Part shown: positions 1 to 8,273 of the stretch, one piece after another
How the letters are laid out: each line of letters starts with the position of its first letter
Numbering within the stretch: position 1 is the stretch's first letter
From: a virus
Lineage: Duplodnaviria > Caudoviricetes
Direction: 5' to 3' (one strand)
Length of the DNA: 59,621 nt
Virus record (IMG/VR): IMGVR_UViG_3300049926_000063
Location: 1-59,621 of that record
Notes under the pieces: model-generated
What the model was told of the DNA's origin: nothing
Seen by the model: only the letters and a program-made list of their open reading frames with translations
Database searches by the model: none
Translations under genes and position numbers: made by a program

Positions 1-127
1 TACGTTCTCGATGATGGTCGCCGAGTTGTCTCGCAACGCGGCTTTCAAGCGGGCATCGGGATGAACACCAGCGGGGGTGCGCAGCGTTTGCTCAATTTTG
101 TGGGCTCTCTCGCCGAAAAGGGCATCG
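1..127 (+). repeat. Terminal overlap, identical to 59495-59621 (circular assembly overlap)
   Basis: Exact 127-nt identity tacgttctcg...aagggcatcg at both ends. Confidence 0.97.
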
Positions 128-822
128 ATTGCAAGGGTTTGGCGACGCGCATCAAGGACCCGATTAAATACGTCGCAACCTCTGGGGCTACGTCCGGGGT
201 CATCGGTCACGGATACGAAGCAACCACCCTGGCGGATATCTGTGATGTGATCTTGGCGGCGAGAAAGGCGGGGGCGCTGATGAAGCAGCAGTACCACCTT
301 GCCGACCAGTGCGAGATTCTGGTCAGGTCATTCGCGCGTGTCGGAATCATCGCGCTGGTCGATGAAGCAACCGGTTACCAGGATGCTCGCGAACGTGACG
401 CGCTGGCGAAGATTCTGGAAGCGTTCATCGCCAAAGAACTGCGACCGTACATCCGAACTTTCGAGCAGGATTACTACAAGGCAATCTGCAATCTAAAAGG
501 GTGGGAGTTCAAGACATCATCGCGACGGCCGCGAATCATCGGGAAGATCACCAACGACCTCGTGTACTCTCGGCTTGCTCCCGGCGTCTTGGAAGAACTC
601 CGGAAAAAGAACCCGGTCATCAAGGATGGCCGACGGGAAGCCAAGCACTTCCAATGGCTCAATGAGCAACGGGGGCATCCGGAACTGCAAAAGCACTTGG
701 CAAGGATCACCGGATGGATGGAAATGGCGAGTTCATGGGACGAGTTCTACAAGCTTCTGAACGATAAAAAACCTGTCTATCGAGGTCCGACGCTGTTCGA
801 TGACTTGCCCGAAGACGCCTAG
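1..822 (+). CDS. P63C-domain protein, 3' part (full gene join 59300-59494,1-822; 338 aa)
   Basis: Motifs CYVLDDGRRV, ARVGIIALVDEATGYQ, GKITNDLVYSRLAPGVLEELRKKNP, KHFQWL...GHPEL are typical of P63C proteins. Confidence 0.9.
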   Translation, partial: YVLDDGRRVVSQRGFQAGIGMNTSGGAQRLLNFVGSLAEKGIDCKGLATRIKDPIKYVATSGATSGVIGHGYEATTLADICDVILAARKAGALMKQQYHLADQCEILVRSFARVGIIALVDEATGYQDARERDALAKILEAFIAKELRPYIRTFEQDYYKAICNLKGWEFKTSSRRPRIIGKITNDLVYSRLAPGVLEELRKKNPVIKDGRREAKHFQWLNEQRGHPELQKHLARITGWMEMASSWDEFYKLLNDKKPVYRGPTLFDDLPEDA

Positions 823-1001
823 TCTGTCTTCTTCTTCGCCCACCGCGTCGCTGCTGCTTTCCTCGCAATCTCCGACCGCTGCTCCTTCGTGAGCTTCTTC
901 GCCCTGGCCGCGCCGCCCTTCAACCCGCCGAGCCTGCCCAGCGCCTGCGCATGAGGGTTTTTCTGTTGTTCAGTTGTAGGTGGTTTTTCTTTGCGTGCCA
1001 T
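819..1001 (-). CDS. Small basic protein (GGxKGGxARAKKLT.EQRSEIARKAA..RW family), commonly transposon-associated
   Basis: 60 aa; the same motif occurs at the P63C N-terminus; TGnTAGAAT box 6 nt before ATG. Confidence 0.85.
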   Translation of the reverse strand: MARKEKPPTTEQQKNPHAQALGRLGGLKGGAARAKKLTKEQRSEIARKAAATRWAKKKTD

Positions 1002-1017
1002 ATAACGATTCTACACA

Positions 1018-1032
1018 ACCGCTCAAGCATAA
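1018..1032. promoter_or_regulatory. 15-bp putative operator ACCGCTCAAGCATAA (inverted copy at 59181-59195)
   Basis: Perfect reverse complement of ttatgcttgagcggt upstream of the transposase. Confidence 0.7.
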
Positions 1033-1043
1033 AAAGGTCGCCC

Positions 1044-1982
1044 GTGTCAACCATTGATCCGATCGAGTTGGGGAAATGGCTTCGCGGCGAATGTAGGCGT
1101 TCGAAACTGGCTCGTTTTTCCCTCGGGTTCTGGCATAACTATATTCCGAAGCTATTTGGATGGACGGTCTCACCGCTTCGGATCGTTTTCGGCTCCATTC
1201 GAGGGGTCTTCTTTCTTTTCGTTAGCCTATCACCGATCTGGATCAAGTTTTACGACCACACCAGTACGCTCACTTGGACCGAAGCGATCACTTATTCCGT
1301 GATTCTTTTCGCGATGCTGGTTTACAACTTTCTTTACGACAAAATCGTTAAGGAGTATAAGCCAAAGTCTGTCGCAAACACCTTGAAACGCAAGCTCTCG
1401 CTTGAGCTCGGTGGCGTTGCGAATATGATCGGTGAGCTAGTTCGGCGGAAGTCCAAAGAGCATGCCACTGGAGTAGACGCAGCAACCGGAAAGATCCTTG
1501 AGTGCATTCGGGACGGCGCGAGAATCTACCTAGGCGACTACGAAGGTGCCCACGTTGAGGTTACTCTTTTGGTATTCGATGACCCGCAATGTGAGGCCAT
1601 GAAAATCGCCAACCGCACGACGCGATCACGACCGATTGGCAAGGTAAAGAAGTCTGAAGAGATCATGGCGTATTACGTTGCTAAGGGTCGAAAACACGAG
1701 GTGGTTCACGATTTTTTGGCCGATCCTCATCCATTTCCAAAGACAAGCCTCTCGGGAGACACGGCAAGTTATCGCAGTCTTTTGATGGTTCCCCTCCTTG
1801 ACACTGCGTCCGGAGGCCCCGATGATTGCGTAGGAGTAGTGACGGTGGACAGTTCGCGGCCGTATCATTTCTGGCCTGGACTGGCGGATGGTTTGGTCGT
1901 GGAACTGAAAGCTTACTTGTCACTGCTGGTTTTATTGCTAAACCTGAACGAACCGAACCGCCTCAAGCAAGAGGCTCCTTAG
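1044..1982 (+). CDS. Membrane protein with N-terminal TM helices and C-terminal GAF-like domain (transposon cargo)
   Basis: Two hydrophobic stretches; C-terminal YRSLLMVPL...CVGVVTVDS..PYHF GAF-like signature; GTG start at 1044 inferred. Confidence 0.65.
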   Translation: MSTIDPIELGKWLRGECRRSKLARFSLGFWHNYIPKLFGWTVSPLRIVFGSIRGVFFLFVSLSPIWIKFYDHTSTLTWTEAITYSVILFAMLVYNFLYDKIVKEYKPKSVANTLKRKLSLELGGVANMIGELVRRKSKEHATGVDAATGKILECIRDGARIYLGDYEGAHVEVTLLVFDDPQCEAMKIANRTTRSRPIGKVKKSEEIMAYYVAKGRKHEVVHDFLADPHPFPKTSLSGDTASYRSLLMVPLLDTASGGPDDCVGVVTVDSSRPYHFWPGLADGLVVELKAYLSLLVLLLNLNEPNRLKQEAP

Positions 1983-1993
1983 GGAAGGTGGTT

Positions 1994-2212
1994 ATGACTG
2001 CCACCGAGAATGAATCTCCCGTCTACGGTCCTATGCTGCCGAAGCTCGACCCTCAGGAAACGCTCGCCGCACTCGACCGGGGCGAGCTTCTTCGGATTCT
2101 CGCCGATGTCGAGGCTGGGCGACTCAGCGCAGATGAATTTCTCCAAATTCTGAACAGCCGTGAAAGCCGTCATCCGTTTCGCCAATTGCTCCATTTCTTC
2201 CTGAACCGATAG
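1994..2212 (+). CDS. Small hypothetical protein, operon partner of the GAF-like gene
   Basis: ATG after ggaagg; ILADVEAGRLSADEF resembles SHOCT-like helical hairpins. Confidence 0.55.
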   Translation: MTATENESPVYGPMLPKLDPQETLAALDRGELLRILADVEAGRLSADEFLQILNSRESRHPFRQLLHFFLNR

Positions 2213-2245
2213 CCATCGTAGGTAAACGAATTTACCTGCGTTGCT

Positions 2246-2274
2246 CCGCCCATGTGGGCGGCGTTTTCATTTTG
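2246..2274 (+). terminator. Probable intrinsic terminator
   Basis: ccgccc-atgt-gggcgg hairpin followed by T-rich tail. Confidence 0.45.
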
Positions 2275-2341
2275 TGGTCAGACCCCATTTTAAAGTCACG
2301 CCCCCGAATTTGTGGTCAGCGGGCATTTTGTGGGCAAAGCC
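2268..2341. repeat. Right TIR plus three subterminal repeats (WTTT-NNN-GTCA, 18-20 bp period)
   Basis: attttgtggtcag, attttaaagtcac, aatttgtggtcag, attttgtgggcaaagcc. Confidence 0.8.
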
Positions 2342-3268
2342 CTCAAGCAGGCTACTGGTTCGGATGGACCCAGCCTGTTCGACGCATTCGACTGGTTGCC
2401 GCCAGAGCCAACACGTCTCGAGTTGCTTACCCCTGACGATCTTTTCGATCACATTGTTGATCAAAGCAGTCTCGAGTCCTTCAAGGAAGACAAGCGGCTC
2501 GAGAGGAAGCCCGCCGGATTCGGTGGATCATCGCTGGCGGAATACTTGTCTATGTGGGCGAACACGCCGCCCGATGGCGGCCTCATGATCATGGGGATCA
2601 ACGACGATGGGTCGATTCAGGGCTGTAGAAAACTCTCGCCGAAAAAGCTGAACGAACTCGAGGCAATGCAGGACACGTGTCCCGATGCCAACTGCGTTAC
2701 CAAGCGGGTGCCGGTGGCCCTTCCCGACGGCACGCCCGATTTTGTCGTAGTCGTGCGTGTTTTTTACCGCAAGGGCCGTGCGGTTCGCACCCCACAAGGC
2801 ACTGTTCACGCACGGAGGGGCGACAGAAAGAAGAATCTTGGGCCAGAAGAGGCTCGAGAGCTTGCCATCGACAAAGGGGAGATCGACTTCGAGCAAGAGG
2901 CCTGCACCCGGCTCGAGTATCCGAGAGATTTCGACCGCGATGCGGTTCGGGCGTTTGCGGATAATGTCCGGGAAGTACTCGATCTCGAGACGGACGTATC
3001 TGACGAGACTATTTTGTCTGTTCGTCATTTGGGCGTGCTCAAGGGTAGCAAGTTAATTCCCAATATCGCGTGTGCCCTCTTGTTCGCAAAAGAGCCTGAC
3101 CGCCTCATACCGGGTTGCAAGGTTCGGTTCCTCCGCTTCGACGGGGACCAAGAAGGCAGCGGCGAAAAGTTCAACGCAGTGAAGGATATTTGGGTTGAGG
3201 GGTTCACAGTGCCTACCTGCCCTTCGAAAGCATCCCGGCTTCACGCATCGCGTTCAGCATGTCGATAG
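2312..3268 (+). pseudogene. Schlafen/AlbA_2-domain protein, probably truncated
   Basis: EDKRLERK...SMWANT...GGLMIMGINDDGSIQG AlbA_2 motif; recognisable sequence stops near DIWVEG (~3210); the annotated GTG start lies inside the transposon end. Confidence 0.7.
2342..2351 (+). repeat. Target site duplication CTCAAGCAGG (right copy)
   Basis: Identical to 57532-57541. Confidence 0.88.
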
Positions 3269-3488
3269 CCGGGGCGGTGGCCTTACCGATGCGCACCTGT
3301 GCCGTCTGCAAGGCCGATGCTTAGAATTCGGTGCAGTTGCCGGCGCGCACACGCGGCGCAGAAAAAAGGCTTCACGCGCCGGCGCTTTCGCTTGTCCAGC
3401 ATTCATTGACCCGGTGAGATTCACGGTGATCCAACTCGATCGCACGCACGACCACCTATGGCGAAGGTGGTCGCTGTGTTTCAGCGCC

Positions 3489-5141
3489 TCATCGATGCAG
3501 TCCTTCGGTCGGCGCGATCGGCCCGCGCTCGGTAATGAGCCCCATCGTCCGCAGTCGCCCGAGATTGGTCCCATAGCTGCCGCCGTTCGGATGCAACCCG
3601 AGGGCCTCGGCGAGTTCGTCGCGTGTGAGCGGCCGCGCGGCGGCGACCAGTGCGCGAATGATGTTCCGCTTCGGCTCGTCTTCCAGCGCTCGCAGTGCGG
3701 CATCGAATCCGGTCTCTTGGACCCGTGCCGTGCTCTGCCCGAGGTCCGTGAGCACGCATCCGGAGAGGTAGCCGTTCGACCGCAGGTAGCCGAGGTTCGT
3801 TCCGTACGATCCGCCGTTGGGGTGGATGCCGAGCCAACGCGCGACGCTATCGCGGTCGGCAGTGATGCCGCGAACACTGAGCATCAGAATCGTGTCGAGA
3901 ATGGCTTGCTGCGGACCGGTGAGTCCGCCGCTGGTACATTCGGCGGCTTTCGCGCGAGGAACTATACTGGTTCGAACCGGTGTTGCTGATTGGTGTTTAC
4001 CGGCCGCCGGTACACTTGGGCGGAACGCCGGCTGAGCTTGTACCGGCACTGCCGCCGCGATCGACTTCACCAGGCCGCGAACCTCGAGCGTCATCTCTTC
4101 GAATGTTTCGAACATCTTCGCCGCGACCGCCTCGGTTCGCTCAAGCTGTCCGTTCGCCAGCACGGGCACTTCAACGCGCACCTCTTTGATGACTTCCTCA
4201 GCCGGGCGTTCGGTCAGTTTCTTTTCAAGTTCTGCGATTCGCTTCCGCAACAGTTTCGGATCATTCGCCTCGGCCTCCTTCACAGCCTCGGCCATCGCCC
4301 GGTTCACTTCCGCCAGATCGATCGCGCCGACCGTCTTCGGTGACTTCACCCCGTGCTTCGGCGCCGCTGATGAATCGTAGGTCCAAATGCCGGGGAACTT
4401 CTCGCGGTGCAGGTAGTTGCCCTCCGGATACCACACCCATCCTTCGCCGCGCTGGAGTTGAGCCAGGGAGTCGAGCACCGTCTTGCCGCTGATGGGATCA
4501 CCCATGCCGTCGATCCAATCCTTGATCGCTCCGCGATCCTGCGGTGCAATCACGCGCATCGCAATAAGCGTGTCGGCACAGGTGAGAGAATCCTTGTGGA
4601 GCTTCGCCGGCCGCTGCGTGATGAGCATCCCGCGGATACCGCGCGATCGGCCACCGGACATGAGCCGGTTGCAGGCGAATAGCATCTTGCCGGCATCCAC
4701 GTCGTGAACCCGGCCTTGCGGCGCGAAGTAATGGGCCTCGTCGATCACGAGATGCAGTGGATTCTTGAGCGTTGTGTAGAGCGTGCCGGCGAAATCGATG
4801 AACCAGCGGGTATACTCGCCGACCGTGAAGCCCGAAGTGTCGATTACGACACTCGCGCCTTGCTCGGTGACCAGGCGGGCGACTGCGGCGCCAGATCGAT
4901 CCGAGAGTGGAACGTCGGCATGCTCGCCGCCGAGGAGCACAACGTCGAGGCCCTTGGCTCGACCGTCCGCAGCGAGGCGGAGCCCCCACCACGCCCCAGT
5001 CGGATCGATGATGCACGTCTGCCGTTGCTGGCGAAGAACGTGCTCGATGATCGCCTTCGCGCAAAACGTCTTGCCGGATCCAGTTTTCCCGAGGATCGCG
5101 ATGTGCTGGTCGAGCGCTGCCGGCGGGATGAAGAACTTCAT
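3489..5141 (-). CDS. HerA-like (DUF87) ATPase with coiled coil and tandem C-terminal wHTH-like repeats
   Basis: Walker A HIAILGKTGSGKT, IIDPTG, Walker B LVIDEAH, GRSRG, ITQRPA. Confidence 0.88.
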   Translation of the reverse strand: MKFFIPPAALDQHIAILGKTGSGKTFCAKAIIEHVLRQQRQTCIIDPTGAWWGLRLAADGRAKGLDVVLLGGEHADVPLSDRSGAAVARLVTEQGASVVIDTSGFTVGEYTRWFIDFAGTLYTTLKNPLHLVIDEAHYFAPQGRVHDVDAGKMLFACNRLMSGGRSRGIRGMLITQRPAKLHKDSLTCADTLIAMRVIAPQDRGAIKDWIDGMGDPISGKTVLDSLAQLQRGEGWVWYPEGNYLHREKFPGIWTYDSSAAPKHGVKSPKTVGAIDLAEVNRAMAEAVKEAEANDPKLLRKRIAELEKKLTERPAEEVIKEVRVEVPVLANGQLERTEAVAAKMFETFEEMTLEVRGLVKSIAAAVPVQAQPAFRPSVPAAGKHQSATPVRTSIVPRAKAAECTSGGLTGPQQAILDTILMLSVRGITADRDSVARWLGIHPNGGSYGTNLGYLRSNGYLSGCVLTDLGQSTARVQETGFDAALRALEDEPKRNIIRALVAAARPLTRDELAEALGLHPNGGSYGTNLGRLRTMGLITERGPIAPTEGLHR

Positions 5142-5226
5142 GACCACTCCTATTCGGCTTCGAACAACGCCGGTTGCCCGAGGAATCGCTCCGCGAGCAT
5201 TTGAGCCAGCACTTGAGCATGACACT

Positions 5227-5646
5227 TCACCGCCTGCCCATCACCGTGTCGTTCTCCCGCCTGAACGCTTTCCGCAAGCAGTCTGCCAAGTCGTCATTAA
5301 GTTCTCCCTGCCCGAAACCGAATTCGCGAGCCAGAGCATTCACCGATTCAAGTACGGCCTGCATGTCCTCAATCCTCTCTCGATACTTGCGGGCGGCTTC
5401 GAGAGCCGCATCTCGTTCAGCGTGGGCCGTGGCGAGTGATGTTTCGGCAGCGTGCAACAGTGGGCTCTTGCGGTTGATCTCGTCTAGGCACTTACGGCAC
5501 AACCATAGATGTCCATTTACCACGTTGATCCCGACGACAATCTCTGCCGCATACCAGCATCCACATGCTTCGCACTTTGCTCCGCTCGGTGGCGGAATCG
5601 TCGGCTCGCTCATTGGCCCGTACATCACAGACTCATCGCTCGGCAT
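5227..5646 (-). CDS. Hypothetical protein with CxxC pairs and coiled coil
   Basis: ORF track; ggaggg RBS upstream. Confidence 0.55.
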   Translation of the reverse strand: MPSDESVMYGPMSEPTIPPPSGAKCEACGCWYAAEIVVGINVVNGHLWLCRKCLDEINRKSPLLHAAETSLATAHAERDAALEAARKYRERIEDMQAVLESVNALAREFGFGQGELNDDLADCLRKAFRRENDTVMGRR

Positions 5647-5780
5647 CGTCGCGCCCTCCGAAAGTGGGGCCGGGTCTTACCGATTAGCTCCCACCTGCCC
5701 GGCTGCGATGGGAGCGAACTACTTATAAGGCACAACTGGCATTCCGTTTTCGTCAACAATGACTTCTCCTAGCCGTCGTT

Positions 5781-5960
5781 TCATTCCACATCACCCCCCT
5801 TCTCATCCGTTAGAACCCGCTTCGCTTCGGCCACATCTTCGGCGAACCACTCAGTCACAGCATCAGCCACGACATCACCGGTAGTGCATCCGCTCTTCAC
5901 TGCCCGGATCTTGATCGCCATTTGAATCTCAAGCGGCAAATCAAAGATCATCCGGGCCAT
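5781..5960 (-). CDS. Small RHH-like protein (59 aa, not in ORF track)
   Basis: MARMIFDLPLEIQMAIKIRAVKSGCTTGDVVADAV; ggagga RBS. Confidence 0.6.
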   Translation of the reverse strand: MARMIFDLPLEIQMAIKIRAVKSGCTTGDVVADAVTEWFAEDVAEAKRVLTDEKGGDVE

Positions 5961-6057
5961 CGTCGCGTCCTCCGTGGGTCAGGATTCGCCGAACCTCTCG
6001 GCGCGATTCTTGCTCCCTTGCACCATAACCGTGAACGACTACCCGCTACTTCTGGCA

Positions 6058-6486
6058 CTAGTTTGCTTCCCCGACGCGACGGTTGATGAGGCCGCGAGGC
6101 TCAGCGAGCATTCCCGCGTTTATCACCCGCTCGACATCCTCGATGGAGCAGACAACAGCGGCCACGCCGCCGGCAGCCAGGACAGCATCGAGGAACTGGC
6201 TCTGCCCCACCGTGGGCTTCCCTTTCGGCCGTTTCACTTCGAAAGCGCAGAACCGCCCGCAATAGACCGCCAGGATGTCGCTGACGCTCCCCGCCGAGCA
6301 TGAGACGGTCTTGAGCCGGCGACGACCATCAGCGGCTACGAGCACGCCTGAGTTACATCGCACCACCACGGCACCGAGCATCTCCAAGTACGCGATGATG
6401 TTTCGCTGGATCTCCGATTCCCGTGGCGGCGGTGGAGCGGTGCCTGCCTGCATCTTGGCCAGTTGCTTGGTGCTCAAACGGATCAT
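6058..6486 (-). CDS. VRR-NUC domain nuclease
   Basis: ESEIQRNII, GSVSDIL, FEVKRPKGKPT..Q..FL...GG.A.V..S motif. Confidence 0.88.
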   Translation of the reverse strand: MIRLSTKQLAKMQAGTAPPPPRESEIQRNIIAYLEMLGAVVVRCNSGVLVAADGRRRLKTVSCSAGSVSDILAVYCGRFCAFEVKRPKGKPTVGQSQFLDAVLAAGGVAAVVCSIEDVERVINAGMLAEPRGLINRRVGEAN

Positions 6487-6532
6487 GTGCTGTGTCCAAT
6501 TGTACAGTTCATAAGCAGGGATTATCCGACGC

Positions 6533-6724
6533 TCAGTCTTTGAGATCGACGTAGAGAGGCCAGCGGTGCTTCTTCAACTGTTCCAAGTGCTCTCGTCCGC
6601 GATCCGGTCCAACCGAAACGTAGATTTCACATAGAGCCTTAGTCGCGTCGGCCAATCGCTCCGGAGGAATCATCATGAGGAACTGACGAGCCGCACGCAT
6701 TTCCGTTTCCTGATCGTCACTCAT
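6533..6724 (-). CDS. Hypothetical protein
   Basis: ORF with ggag RBS in the operon direction. Confidence 0.45.
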   Translation of the reverse strand: MSDDQETEMRAARQFLMMIPPERLADATKALCEIYVSVGPDRGREHLEQLKKHRWPLYVDLKD

Positions 6725-6768
6725 CGCATCTTCTCCAGTTTCAGGCAACGGGTGGGATTATCGGACAC

Positions 6769-7948
6769 TCAAACCCCACAGATGCCGTCCGGCTCCAAGC
6801 TGAACAGCCCGCCACAGCCTTTGCGGTCGTTCATCGGCACCGTGAGGTCAACCATGTCGAGCGGCACTTTCGACCGGTGCAAGTAGGGCACGCCATTCAA
6901 TTCACCGCGAGCCATGCGGCCGGTGCGGTACGCCTCTCGGATGTCGCGATCGAAAGCAACCGTCTCGGCCCACTCTTCCGGCCGCGTCTCACGCATTTCG
7001 AGCCATTCGGCGTTCGTCCGGTATGGGCAGCATTTGCAAGCCGAGCGTGGCACGTTCCAAGCCCACGATTTCTTGTTCCAGTCCTTGCAGTCGTCGCGGT
7101 CCCATCCGTCACAAAAATCGAATCGTGCGTCAGGCTGTCGGCTTCGGTCCGGGAAGATCACCACGCCGAGAAGAGGAAACGATTTCAGTTGCCAGTGGCA
7201 CGGCTCCCAGACTCGCCGCGACTGCTCCAGCGGATCGCCGAGCAAGTCCGTTCCGAGCGTGGCCGTCTCATTCCGCCACGAGCCGGGAGCGGTCGCGCGT
7301 TGCGGCTCATCCGCACTGATACCGATCCAGGTGTTGACCGTGGCAGTCTTCGGGGCTCGCTGGCGGGGAAGCAGACCCATAACCACACGACGTAACCACC
7401 GTTCAATCGGCTCGATCTTGTATTCGCTGGTACATTGCCGGGGCATGATGCCGTCGGTCCCGTCCAACTTGTCGATGAACATTGGGATAGAGGCGTACCG
7501 TTTGACTTCGGAGTTCGCTCGACGCTGTGCGAATCGCACAGCGTCGAGCATGATGCCGTCCGAATTCGCGGCCTTCACAACGTCCAGAGTTCCGCCCTTC
7601 TTCGCGATGTACTCTTTGCACCGCTCCAGATGCGTGTATGTCTCTTCCCCTTCTGCGCCGGGATCGCTGAACACCCACCGTGCGGGCATGGGAATGTATC
7701 CATCCCCCGCGAGCGTCATGAGTGCCAGCACCAGGGCTTTTCTTTCTCTTGGTCTGAGCCTCGATGGGTGCTGTGCCGTTGCGAAAGCTGTCCACGACTA
7801 CATCATCGCTGTGGCCGGCGTCCATCAGGGCATCGGCAACCAGAGGCATCAAGTCACGCTGCCCGTTGACAATCGCCAAGAGCAAGCCCTTCACCGTCGT
7901 CGTGATGAACTCCTCTGAAATACCCATGAACTCACCGAATAGGCTCAT
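6769..7948 (-). pseudogene. PP-loop/PAPS-reductase-like (adenine nucleotide alpha-hydrolase) gene, frameshifted near 7730-7753
   Basis: VLALM...FSDPGAE...TYTHL, RQCTSEYKIEPI, WIGISADE, PRSACKCCPY motifs; the N-terminus is in another frame (starts 7948) and the SxGAGxQS loop is disrupted. Confidence 0.7.
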
Positions 7949-8226
7949 GCTGGCACCCTATTATTCCGACGATACTCCACACGCCCACCACTGAAGTTCT
8001 TCCAAACCGTCCAGCCGGGCGGCGCTTTGATGACACCGTTCACGAAGTCCACATTGCTGAAGCAACAGTCGATCTCGTGAATGCAGTCGGGACACGCCCA
8101 CTTACCGCACGTCGGGCATAGTTCCATCGCACCGAGAGGTGTACCGTCCTCTTCGTTGCATCGGTCTTTTGTTGACCCCTCAAGGCGGTCACAGACTTCA
8201 CAGGTTTTCTTCCCTCGCTTGCTCAT
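7945..8226 (-). CDS. Cys-rich hypothetical protein
   Basis: CEVC, CPTC, CPDC motifs; ATGA overlap with the next gene. Confidence 0.55.
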   Translation of the reverse strand: MSKRGKKTCEVCDRLEGSTKDRCNEEDGTPLGAMELCPTCGKWACPDCIHEIDCCFSNVDFVNGVIKAPPGWTVWKNFSGGRVEYRRNNRVPA

Positions 8227-8273
8227 ATCAACACCCCCTCCGGGCCACGCTGACGGACGCCCGCGATGTAGAC

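Larger units (their letters stand above)
1..2341. mobile_element. Right part of cargo transposon (joins 57542-59494 across the origin)
   Basis: Ends in TIR ggcattttgtgggcaaagcc (2322-2341), followed by ctcaagcagg, which also precedes the left TIR. Confidence 0.9.

Noticed and set aside
2268-2341. Short spaced repeats as a mini-CRISPR array
   Set aside because: Units are ~13 bp with 5-7 bp gaps and match the transposon TIR; no cas genes
3558-3834. Duplicated HerA C-terminal segments as DGR template/variable repeats
   Set aside because: Differences are mostly synonymous and not adenine-specific; no reverse transcriptase in the genome
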